Shown piece after piece: positions 40,187 through 48,708 of a stretch of DNA of 64,000 nt (within the stretch, counting starts at the first letter, position 1; the number at the start of each line of letters is the position of its first letter). Source of the DNA: an uncultured Alphaproteobacteria bacterium (lineage in GTDB: Bacteria; Pseudomonadota; Alphaproteobacteria; Rs-D84); NCBI GenBank assembly GCA_944392815.1, contig CALXXY010000003.1, positions 20,096 to 84,095 of the forward strand. Direction: 5' to 3'. Below the pieces are notes generated by a model that made no database searches, had not been told where the DNA came from, and worked only from the letters and a program-made list of their open reading frames with translations. A program made the position numbers and the translations under genes.

Positions 40187-41482
40187 ATGTTCAAGAAAGA
40201 AAAAATCAAAGATTTACACTATTCTGTAAATGGCGTCATCACCGCAGATGAACTGCAAAACGCGGCCGACGAAATTTTAACCGAATACGGGAAAAAGGCA
40301 AAAATGCCGGGATTCCGTCCGGGTCACATTCCATTATCCATTTTACGCCAAAAATACAATGCCTCTGCCATGTCCGAGGCCATCGACAAATTAATGAACC
40401 GTGATTTAAACGAATACGTCGCAGACAAAAAAATCCGTTTGGCGGGTTCACCACGTGCCGATTTGGCAAAATGGGAAATGGGCCAGGACGCAGAATACAC
40501 ATTGGAATTCGACATTCTGCCGACTTTGCCGGCGATTGATTTGGAAAAATTCACAGTGACGAAAAAAACGACCACCCTGGACGAGGCCGAAGTTGAAAAA
40601 TCACTGGAAAATATCCGCAAATCCCGCAGCATCGCAGAAAAACAACCGGACGATTATGTCGCGCAAAACGGTGACACAGCCGTCATCGATTTTCGTGGGT
40701 TCATCGACAACGAAGAATTCGCCGGTGGCGCCGCAGAAAAGCATCACCTGGTGTTGGGTTCTGGCGCATTTATCCCTGGATTCGAAGATCAGGTTATCGG
40801 CCACAAATCCGGCGATGAATTTGATGTAAATGTCAAATTCCCGTCCGATTATCACGCAGAAAACCTGGCCGGCAAAGACGCACGTTTCGCGGTCAAGGTT
40901 CACGAAGTTCGCAAACACCAATTGCCTGAATTAAATGACGAATTGGCAAAATCCGTTGGCCATGAATCTGTGGACAAATTGCGCGAACACATTCGCACCA
41001 TTTTAACCGAACAATATGACGAGGCCGCCAAACGCGACATGCGCAACGAATTGTTGGACATTTTGGCCGACAAAGTAAAACTGGATTTACCAGAAAACTT
41101 GGTTGACCAGGAATACAACATGGCTAAACAGGAATACGAACGCGCGGCCAAAAACGGCAGCACCGAAAAATGGGACGAAAAACAGGAACGCCGTGACGCC
41201 GAACGCCGTGTGAAATTGGGGCTGATTTTGGCGGAATGGGGCACCCAGAACAAAGTAGAGGTCACCCGTGACGATTTGCAACAGGCCGTCTGGGCCGAAG
41301 CCGCCCGTTATCCTGATCCGAAACAGGTATTTGAATTTTACAACAAAAATCAAAACGCTTTGGCAATGCTGCGCGGCATGATTTTTGAACGCAAGGCATT
41401 GGACGCAATGTTAACCCATGTCAAGACCAAGGAAAAATCCGTGAAACCATCGGAATTGTTCCAACAGTCCGACGTTCGTTAA
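40187..41482 (+). CDS. tig: Trigger factor
   Basis: N-terminal ribosome-binding domain (GFRPGHIP) and central FKBP-type PPIase (DFRGFIDNEEFAGG ... IPGFEDQVIG). Confidence 0.9.
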   Translation: MFKKEKIKDLHYSVNGVITADELQNAADEILTEYGKKAKMPGFRPGHIPLSILRQKYNASAMSEAIDKLMNRDLNEYVADKKIRLAGSPRADLAKWEMGQDAEYTLEFDILPTLPAIDLEKFTVTKKTTTLDEAEVEKSLENIRKSRSIAEKQPDDYVAQNGDTAVIDFRGFIDNEEFAGGAAEKHHLVLGSGAFIPGFEDQVIGHKSGDEFDVNVKFPSDYHAENLAGKDARFAVKVHEVRKHQLPELNDELAKSVGHESVDKLREHIRTILTEQYDEAAKRDMRNELLDILADKVKLDLPENLVDQEYNMAKQEYERAAKNGSTEKWDEKQERRDAERRVKLGLILAEWGTQNKVEVTRDDLQQAVWAEAARYPDPKQVFEFYNKNQNALAMLRGMIFERKALDAMLTHVKTKEKSVKPSELFQQSDVR

Positions 41483-41490
41483 TTAACCGT

Positions 41491-41520
41491 AAAAACGCGT
41501 GCTGTTGCGCGCGTTTTTTA
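41491..41520 (+). terminator. Terminator after tig
   Basis: aaaaacgcgtgctgttgcgcgcgttttttaa. Confidence 0.7.
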
Positions 41521-41539
41521 ATACCACAGGACGATTTAC

Positions 41540-42496
41540 ATGAAAGCATATTTGGATATTTTGGACAACATCATGACCAACGGCCATGATTTACGCATGA
41601 ACAGAACAGGCATTCCAGATATTGGACTGTCTGCGGGCGCAGTATTTGAACACGACATGTCAACAGGGTTCCCATTGGTGACAACCAAAAAAATGGGATT
41701 AAAAAACATCGCCACCGAATTGGAATTTTTCCTGCGCGGAATCACCGACAAAAAATGGTTGCAGGACAGAAAATGCCACATCTGGGACGAATGGGCAAAC
41801 CCGGTCAAGGTCGAGCAAACATACAACATCGCCACCAGTCACCACCCAGAATTATCCGACACAGAACGCACACAACTGCGTAATTCTATTATGGACATGG
41901 AACGCGATTTGGGGCCAATTTACGGATTCCAGTGGCGTCATTTTGGCGGCGAATACCAATGGAACGCAAACCGCATAAACGCAAATCCTATGGACAATTT
42001 TGACCCGAAAAACCCAGGCATAGACCAGGTACAAAATGCCATCGACAAATTGAAAAATAATCCAAATGACCGCAGAATTTTGGTCAGCGCATGGAATCCT
42101 GTTGCCATTCCGCAAATGGCACTGCCGCCATGCCACGTCATGCACCAACTGGTCGTGCGCGATGGAAAATTATCCCTGATATGGACCCAGCGTTCATGCG
42201 ATATGTTCCTGGGGGTGCCGTATAACATCGCCAGTTATGCGTTGTTGTTATTGCTGTACGCCAAAGAATCGGGGCTGACCCCTGGCACGTTAAAGGGCGA
42301 ATTACACGACGCGCACATATACAAAAATCATATTCCCCAGGTTCGTGAACAATTAAAGCGCACCCCATACCCGTTGCCGACGGTTGAAATTCCAAATGAA
42401 AATTGGCGCGGAATGTTGAATTGGTCGGCAAACGGCGGATTCACGTTAAAAGATTACATTTGTCACGAAAAATTACGTGGCGACGTTGCGCGATAA
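41540..42496 (+). CDS. thyA: Thymidylate synthase (long form with insertion)
   Basis: GPIYGFQWRHFG, catalytic PPCH, DMFLGVPYNIASYALL. Confidence 0.9.
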   Translation: MKAYLDILDNIMTNGHDLRMNRTGIPDIGLSAGAVFEHDMSTGFPLVTTKKMGLKNIATELEFFLRGITDKKWLQDRKCHIWDEWANPVKVEQTYNIATSHHPELSDTERTQLRNSIMDMERDLGPIYGFQWRHFGGEYQWNANRINANPMDNFDPKNPGIDQVQNAIDKLKNNPNDRRILVSAWNPVAIPQMALPPCHVMHQLVVRDGKLSLIWTQRSCDMFLGVPYNIASYALLLLLYAKESGLTPGTLKGELHDAHIYKNHIPQVREQLKRTPYPLPTVEIPNENWRGMLNWSANGGFTLKDYICHEKLRGDVAR

Positions 42497-42571
42497 AAAA
42501 CATTGACATATGTCCCCACAGTGCTATAAAAATATGCGGTAAAAATTTTATTAACACTGGGGGTGACATAT

Positions 42572-43057
42572 ATGGAAACCAAATTAATGCCTATATTCGC
42601 ATTGCGTGCCATGTTGCTGCAACAGGTCAGCCCACAATGTTTTGCGCGCAATCACGATTTAATCACACGCACATCTCTGGCGGCCCAGGACTATGTTCGT
42701 TCGGGTAAATTTTACGAATACGATCGTCGCACAGGCCACGCATTCAAACAATTACCGGGCTATATTGCCGTACATAAACGTTATAACATACCATATAATC
42801 CAACGTCGTCCCAATTGGGGCTGTCCACTGTTAACCCAGGCCTGGTTATGGATTTGGCATGGGCATTGAATTCAGACATGTTGGCAAACATAGTTGACCA
42901 CAACGGCAACATAATTGCCCCCGACCGCCTGTTTTCATCAGAAGTCCTGCGTGTATATCACAATTCAAACGCATATGGCGTGCCAATTGACGCATTCAAC
43001 GCGATTCAGCGTCCCCAACGCACCGCCATGTTGTCGAAATTGCAACGCACAAAATAA
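42572..43057 (+). CDS. Hypothetical protein
   Basis: ORF with a terminator immediately downstream. No family recognised. Confidence 0.35.
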   Translation: METKLMPIFALRAMLLQQVSPQCFARNHDLITRTSLAAQDYVRSGKFYEYDRRTGHAFKQLPGYIAVHKRYNIPYNPTSSQLGLSTVNPGLVMDLAWALNSDMLANIVDHNGNIIAPDRLFSSEVLRVYHNSNAYGVPIDAFNAIQRPQRTAMLSKLQRTK

Positions 43058-43087
43058 AAAAATCCGGCCCCGCCGGATTTTTTTATT
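43058..43087 (+). terminator. Rho-independent terminator
   Basis: aaaaaaatccggccccgccggatttttttatt. Confidence 0.75.
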
Positions 43088-43144
43088 CACCTGTTGAAAA
43101 ATTCACCAAAACACGATACAGTACTCTCGCAAGGGGGCAAACAC

Positions 43145-43603
43145 ATGAAAAAATTTTTATTTGTATGCCTGGCGGCGGTGGTATTGACCGCATGCGGGGC
43201 AAATTTAAACAACGACAGATACGAAACATCTGGCACGGGTCACGTTAACACCGTGTCCCAGGGCGTAATCATAAACGCCCGCCCGGTCACCATCGCCACC
43301 GAAAATGGCGAAGTGGGACAACTGGCCGGTGGCATAGTCGGCGGCGTTGCCGGCAGTATGGTCAGCGACAACACCCTGGCACAAACAATCGGCGCGGTTG
43401 GCGGGGCTGTTTTGGGCGGATACCTGGGCGGCAAAGCGCAACAGGGTCTGTCCACCCAGGGCGGCATGGAATACATAGTCAAACTGGATTCCGGCAAATC
43501 CATCACATTAACCCAGGGTGACGACGAAATATTTTCGGTCGGTCAACATGTATACGTTTTGGACGCGGACTATGACGAACGCGCCCGCATAATTGCACAG
43601 TAA
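43145..43603 (+). CDS. Outer-membrane lipoprotein, glycine-zipper (SlyB/Pcp, 17-kDa antigen-like) family
   Basis: Lipobox LAAVVLTAC. Gly-zipper GGIVGGVAGSMVSD ... GAVGGAVLGGYLGG. Confidence 0.6.
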   Translation: MKKFLFVCLAAVVLTACGANLNNDRYETSGTGHVNTVSQGVIINARPVTIATENGEVGQLAGGIVGGVAGSMVSDNTLAQTIGAVGGAVLGGYLGGKAQQGLSTQGGMEYIVKLDSGKSITLTQGDDEIFSVGQHVYVLDADYDERARIIAQ

Positions 43604-43631
43604 AAAATGGTGCCACGGCACCATTTTTTAT
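43603..43631 (+). terminator. Rho-independent terminator
   Basis: aaaaaatggtgccacggcaccatttttta. Confidence 0.75.
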
Positions 43632-43758
43632 AATTGCTTGCTTTTTCTAAATTTTTCATCTATAATGGCCGCAGTTTCGCGGGTGGGCGCGGAACTGGTC
43701 CGATTAACCCCACAAGTCCTCGCATTTTTTCTATAACACATGCGACGGCCAACTTTGT

Positions 43759-45459
43759 ATGAACTTTTTTATGAAAGATTTATCCAAAGATTTATTTAAT
43801 CCATTATCCGGCGAAGATTTCGTCCAAATGTTTGATAAAAACTATGGTTCCCAGGAGACTTTGCAGGGTTATGCAACCAAGGGCACAGTCAAAGACATTC
43901 GCGGTGATTTCGCGATGGTTGACGTTGGCCTGAAATCCGAGGGCCGCGTTCCATTAAAAGAATTCGGCGCATCTGTACCATCTGTGGGCGACATCATTGA
44001 CGTTTTTGTTGAACGCTATGAATCGCGCGAGGGGACTGCCGTTCTGTCCTATACCAAGGCCCGTGCAGAAAAAGCATGGAAAGAATTGGAAAAAACAGTC
44101 GCCGAAGGTATCGATCCCGAGGGCACAATCATCGACGTTGTTCGTGGCGGCTATACCGTCGACATCAACGGCGTATTTGCATTTATGCCATCGTCCCAGG
44201 TTGATCACAAACCTGTACGCGATCCGAAATCTTTGATTGGATTAAAAGATAAATTCCGCGTATTGAAAATGGACGCGCTGCGCACGAACGCGATTGTTTC
44301 CCGCCGCGCTATCCAGGCCGACACGATTGCCGCCGCCCAACGCGAAGCGATGAAAAACATTTCATTGGGCGCCGTTATCGAAGGCACAGTCAAAAACATC
44401 ACCGACTATGGTGTGTTTGTTGATTTGGGCGGAATTGATGGTTTATTGCACGTCACAGATTTGTCGTGGAAACGTGTTAATCACCCACGCGAATTGGTGC
44501 ACGTCGGCCAGAAAATCAAAGTCAAAGTTATCCAATTCGATCCTGAATCCCATCGTATTTCGTTGGGTGCCAAACAATTGGAAGAAGACCCATGGGAAAA
44601 TGCGTCCCGTGCATTTAATGTCGGCGACACAGTTTCCGGCAAAGTGTCATCTTTGACTGATTATGGTGCATTCATTGATCTGGGCAATAATATCGAAGGC
44701 CTGGTTCATATGTCCGAGTTATCATGGACAAACAAAAACATTCACCCCAGCAAAGTTTTGCAAGTGGGCCAGGAAATCAATGTTGTTGTTTTGGGCATTG
44801 ACCAGGAAAAACGCCGTATTTCGTTGGGTTATAAACAACTGCAACCAAATCCATGGAAACAGTTTGCAGAAACACACAACGTTGGCGACGTTGTCACCGG
44901 TCCGATTAAAAACACAACTGAATTCGGTTTGTTTGTGGCGTTAACGCCTGAATTGGACGGTATGGTTCACATTTCCGATTTGTCGTGGAACAAACTGGAC
45001 GAAGAAGAATTGAAAAAATTCGTCCGTGGCCAGGAAGTGACCGCGAAAATCTTGGACATCAACCCAGAAAAAGAACGTATCACATTGGGTATCAAACAGT
45101 TGACGGAAAGCGCAGAAAACAACAGTGCTTCGTTGAAAAAGGGCGCCGTTGTTTCCGGTACTGTATCGGAAATCACACCAGACGAATTGATTTTGGCATT
45201 GCCGAATGATATCCGCGGTGTTATTCGCCGCACAGACCTGTCGCGCGAAAAATCCGAACAGGATACCAATAAATTCAAGGTTGGTGACACAGTCGAGGCA
45301 TCAGTCGTATCCGTCGACAACAATGTTGTCAAACTGTCTATCCGCGCATTACAAGTGACGCTGGAAAAACAGGCGGTCAAAGAATACGCTAACCAGGCCG
45401 ACAGCGGTTCTGTGCTGGGCGATATTCTGGGTGCAGCGATTGAAAACAGCAAAAAATAA
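43759..45459 (+). CDS. rpsA: 30S ribosomal protein S1 (six S1 domains)
   Basis: Repeated S1 domain pattern (G.V.G.V..I...G.FV.L...GL.H.S). Confidence 0.95.
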   Translation: MNFFMKDLSKDLFNPLSGEDFVQMFDKNYGSQETLQGYATKGTVKDIRGDFAMVDVGLKSEGRVPLKEFGASVPSVGDIIDVFVERYESREGTAVLSYTKARAEKAWKELEKTVAEGIDPEGTIIDVVRGGYTVDINGVFAFMPSSQVDHKPVRDPKSLIGLKDKFRVLKMDALRTNAIVSRRAIQADTIAAAQREAMKNISLGAVIEGTVKNITDYGVFVDLGGIDGLLHVTDLSWKRVNHPRELVHVGQKIKVKVIQFDPESHRISLGAKQLEEDPWENASRAFNVGDTVSGKVSSLTDYGAFIDLGNNIEGLVHMSELSWTNKNIHPSKVLQVGQEINVVVLGIDQEKRRISLGYKQLQPNPWKQFAETHNVGDVVTGPIKNTTEFGLFVALTPELDGMVHISDLSWNKLDEEELKKFVRGQEVTAKILDINPEKERITLGIKQLTESAENNSASLKKGAVVSGTVSEITPDELILALPNDIRGVIRRTDLSREKSEQDTNKFKVGDTVEASVVSVDNNVVKLSIRALQVTLEKQAVKEYANQADSGSVLGDILGAAIENSKK

Positions 45460-45536
45460 TCTGAGATATTTTTTCAGATTATTAAAACGGAATCCGGCAC
45501 TTGCCGGGTTCTGTTTTTTATGGTATAATCCCCAAC

Positions 45537-46091
45537 ATGAAACAGATGATTATCCTGATGGGCGGTCAGGGCGTAGGCAAGGGCACATTTGCACGCATGC
45601 TGCGCGAACGCCACAATTATGCATACATAGAAACGGGCAAAATGCTGCGCGACGCGGCGGCAACCGACAAAACAATCGGCGACATTATGGCACGCGGTGA
45701 ACTGTTGCCATTTGAAATGCTGGCAAAACTGGTTGCGGATAATATCCCCACCGACACAGACGTGTTAATGGACGGTTTTCCCCGCACATTGCCCCAGGCC
45801 CAATGGTTGGTTGAAAACTATGCCGATAAATTTGACGTCCGCGTGATATACCTGAATGTCCCCGAAGAAATCATGATTGCGCGCATTCAAAAACGCATAC
45901 GCGAGGGGGGCGGTCGTGCCGACGACGCTGACGCAGCCGCCGTGCGCAAACGTCTGGACATTTTTCAGTCGGAAACAATGCCGGCAATTGATTGGCTGCG
46001 CACAGTTCCCAACATATGTTTCGCAGATGTTGATGTATCGGGCGCGGTTGATGATAATTTCAAAAACATATTAACTGCATTGGAAAAATAA
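45537..46091 (+). CDS. adk: Adenylate kinase-family nucleoside monophosphate kinase (short form)
   Basis: P-loop GGQGVGKGT and the LMDGFPRT motif. Start at MKQMIILMGG. Confidence 0.65.
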   Translation: MKQMIILMGGQGVGKGTFARMLRERHNYAYIETGKMLRDAAATDKTIGDIMARGELLPFEMLAKLVADNIPTDTDVLMDGFPRTLPQAQWLVENYADKFDVRVIYLNVPEEIMIARIQKRIREGGGRADDADAAAVRKRLDIFQSETMPAIDWLRTVPNICFADVDVSGAVDDNFKNILTALEK

Positions 46092-46118
46092 AAAAATCGC
46101 CATTTGGCGATTTTTTTA
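46090..46118. terminator. Bidirectional terminator (adk-like / corA)
   Basis: aaaaaaatcgccatttggcgattttttta. Confidence 0.75.
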
Positions 46119-47001
46119 TACCACGCGCTGGCGTATAACACTGAACAGCGCAAATCCAATTAACAATATCATAATTAAAACAAATATCACCATGGACGTT
46201 TGTTCACTGTCTGCAAATGGCAAAGCCATATTCATGCCGTAATATCCAACTATCACGGTCGGCACCACCAAAATAATATTCCACATAGTCAGCCGATTAA
46301 TATACATATTTGAATCCATGTTAATAACGCTTTCGAACGTTTCTTTGATGGATTTCAACATTTTGCTGTACGACGTGACAACTTCTATACCCTGGGATAA
46401 TTCGATACGTGCGTCTTCGGTTAATTCGCGCGCTTCTTCTGTTTTAACGAATCCGCGAACCTTTTCCAATTTATCCAACACAGCAACATTTCCCTTCAGC
46501 CCGGCCATATACAGGGTATAACTGTTTTCAACCTCTAACAGTGCCATCAGTTCGTTTTTACGCACCCGTTCCTGCAAAACCCGTTTGGACGCCAACACGC
46601 GCTTGTTTAATTCCTTTAAAAACCGCAGGTACGATTCGGCGATATAGTAAATAATGTTCAAAACAAATTCTTCGCGCGACGTTTTTTCGTCCCGTTTGAT
46701 TCTGTCCAGCAAATCACAACGCTTGCGACACACAGTAATAACACGATTTGCCGAATAAATTATAGACAGCGGTTCAGTATGCCACAACGTATCAGTTTCG
46801 CGATTTATAATTGGGAAACGCACGATGATAACCTTGTAATCATCTTCGACTTCGAATCGTGGCTGTTCATCAGGATCCAAAATATCTGAAATAGTATCCT
46901 GGTCAATTTTATATTCACTTTGCAGACGTTCAAAATCTTCGTGATCGGGATTTCCAACATTCACCCATGAAAAACTTTTTAATTTTTCAGTCACAAACAT
47001 T
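46116..47001 (-). CDS. corA: Magnesium/cobalt transporter CorA
   Basis: YGMNM signature in the penultimate TM and two C-terminal TM helices. Start probably at MFVTEKLK. Confidence 0.85.
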
Positions 47002-47122
47002 GCGCACCCCCAACGAATAAAAAAATTCAACTCGCCACACTACGTTAAAACTTCGTGTGGCACTCCTTTGCGTTAAACGTTCCGCTTCGGCTTGCCACCC
47101 GAAGCGTCACGGACGCAAAGGG

Positions 47123-47142
47123 TGGTCGGGGCGACAGGAATC
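47123..47142. repeat. 20-nt duplicate of the tRNA-Pro 3' end (tggtcggggcgacaggaatc), about 200 bp downstream of the gene
   Basis: Identical to 47320-47339. Homology stops exactly where the T-loop sequence begins. Confidence 0.8.
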
Positions 47143-47319
47143 CCTCGCACGGTGCCTGGGCACCGGCTGCGGGGCATTCGTGACGATTTGGCCACACTAC
47201 GTTTGCCAAATCTACTCATTGTCGAACCACGGCATGCATTGCATGCAACGCCGATTTCGTTATACCCACAAACATGAATAAAAATAACATCTCTCTGCGA
47301 TTGATATTATTTTTATTCA

Positions 47320-47396
47320 TGGTCGGGGCGACAGGAATCGAACCTGCGACCCCTTGCACCCCATGCAAGTACTCTACCAGGCTGAGCTACGCCCCG
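47320..47396 (-). tRNA. tRNA-Pro (anticodon GGG)
   Basis: Reverse complement CGGGGCGTAGCTCAGCCTGGTAGAGTACTTGCATGGGGTGCAAGGGGTCGCAGGTTCGATTCCTGTCGCCCCGACCA, 77 nt. Confidence 0.85.
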
Positions 47397-47517
47397 ACGT
47401 ACGCATATTTATACAATTCCCACGCAGTAAAAGCAAGTATATTTTATGCTTGCACGAATCGGAAAAAAGTTATTAGTATTCGGCATATCAATATTAATAA
47501 CACCAGGGAGTAAATCC

Positions 47518-47895
47518 GTGATAGCAGGTATTGGAATTGATTTGGTCGAATGCGACAGATTTCTGGATTGGTCTGCATTCAAAAAACAGCGTATATTTAC
47601 AAAAAAAGAATTGGAATATGCCGACAATGACAATGCCAATTCTGAAAAACATCTGGCAAATTTCTGGGCCGCGCGCGAGGCATGCTTAAAAGCACTCGGC
47701 ACAGGTTTCGGTGACGACATCGGATTTTCAGACGTATCGGTCACCCACAACGACGCGGGTCGGCCAGAATTATTAATAACCGGCGGGGCCAAGGCCGCGT
47801 TAAAGGAATTAGCCGGCCCCAACGCGTCAGTATTTTTGTCCATCACTGACCAGGAGGATTATTCCGCCGCGATGGTTGTAATTGAACGCCAATAA
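47518..47895 (+). CDS. acpS: Holo-ACP synthase (4'-phosphopantetheinyl transferase)
   Basis: GTG start VIAGIGIDLVE. AcpS motifs (GIDL, W..KEA..KA.G). Confidence 0.8.
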   Translation: MIAGIGIDLVECDRFLDWSAFKKQRIFTKKELEYADNDNANSEKHLANFWAAREACLKALGTGFGDDIGFSDVSVTHNDAGRPELLITGGAKAALKELAGPNASVFLSITDQEDYSAAMVVIERQ

Positions 47896-47923
47896 AAAAT
47901 CCGCCACCCGGCGGATTTTTATT
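47895..47923 (+). terminator. Terminator after acpS
   Basis: aaaaaatccgccacccggcggattttta. Confidence 0.75.
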
Positions 47924-48272
47924 ATGGCTGATATCTGCAATCCTGATCATATACAAACGTGCCACTGGGTTCAATAAACGGGTCATTGGATTGCGCATAG
48001 CAGGCGGCAATGCCGTTTATGCCCGTTCTGGAATGAACCACAACAAATGGATTCCCAACAATCACAGGCACAGTCCCCGGAATTTCGAATCCGATCTCGC
48101 CATTAACCCCGGCACCCAGGCAACAACTGATTGTCGTGCCTTCGTGCCCAACCCTCACACTATATCCGGCATATCCGGACGTGTTGGGTATTGCGGCAAC
48201 AGTTTCTGTAAAGTTTCCATTTGTACCGCATTTATATATTGTGCCACACGGTTCGGGGAATGGGATCGCCAC
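47922..48272 (-). CDS. Small Cys/Gly/Thr-rich hypothetical protein (116 aa, GTG start); homolog of the 27847-28032 product
   Basis: C-terminal SGTFVYDQDCRYQP vs TGTYEFEQPCAME in the other ORF. Cys spacing is conserved. Confidence 0.4.
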   Translation of the reverse strand: MAIPFPEPCGTIYKCGTNGNFTETVAAIPNTSGYAGYSVRVGHEGTTISCCLGAGVNGEIGFEIPGTVPVIVGNPFVVVHSRTGINGIAACYAQSNDPFIEPSGTFVYDQDCRYQP

Positions 48273-48287
48273 CGCCCCATGTGATAT

Positions 48288-48706
48288 GTCGCGTTGGGGC
48301 AGTGGTATACGAACGGTGAAATATCAGAATGCCCACCGCCGACCGGGCCCCGCGCAAACATAGTTTGCGTGGGTGGTTCCAGGGCGGGGGGGGGGGTGAC
48401 GGTCGTCAGACCGTCGGGGGGTGGGGCACAATGACCACCCCGTCGCGCAAAGCGTGGCGATCCAGTAAATAAAAAAGTACTGCGGGCGAACGCCCGCAGA
48501 CATATTGCACTGGATTGCCACAGTCGTACGCCAACGTTTTCAACGTTGATCGTACTCCTTCGCAATGACAGGAGCAGAGTGGACATTATCTACACTCTAT
48601 ACTCTACACTCTTCACTCTATTATTCCCGCACCAGCGGGAATAATATAACTCTCCACTCTATTATTGTCACGCTGTGCGTGACAATAATATCACTCTGCG
48701 CGGGAA
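48288..48706 (+). repeat. Repeat element copy B: 114-nt structured core plus longer array of hairpin modules
   Basis: Core at 48328-48441. Hairpins include ctgcgggcg aa cgcccgcag, tattattcccgc acca gcgggaataata and tattattgtcacgc tgtg cgtgacaataata, with ACTCT-type short repeats between. Ends at the stop codon of the 788-aa gene. Confidence 0.85.
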
Positions 48707-48708
48707 AT

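Noticed and set aside
47031-47320. M-box (Mg2+) riboswitch upstream of corA
   Set aside because: I could not find the conserved M-box helices or sequence blocks by eye. It is kept only as a generic structured leader.
48442-48706. CRISPR array interpretation of the hairpin modules
   Set aside because: The palindromic stems vary while the AT clamps are constant, which is the opposite of CRISPR. There are only 2-3 units and no cas genes in the window.
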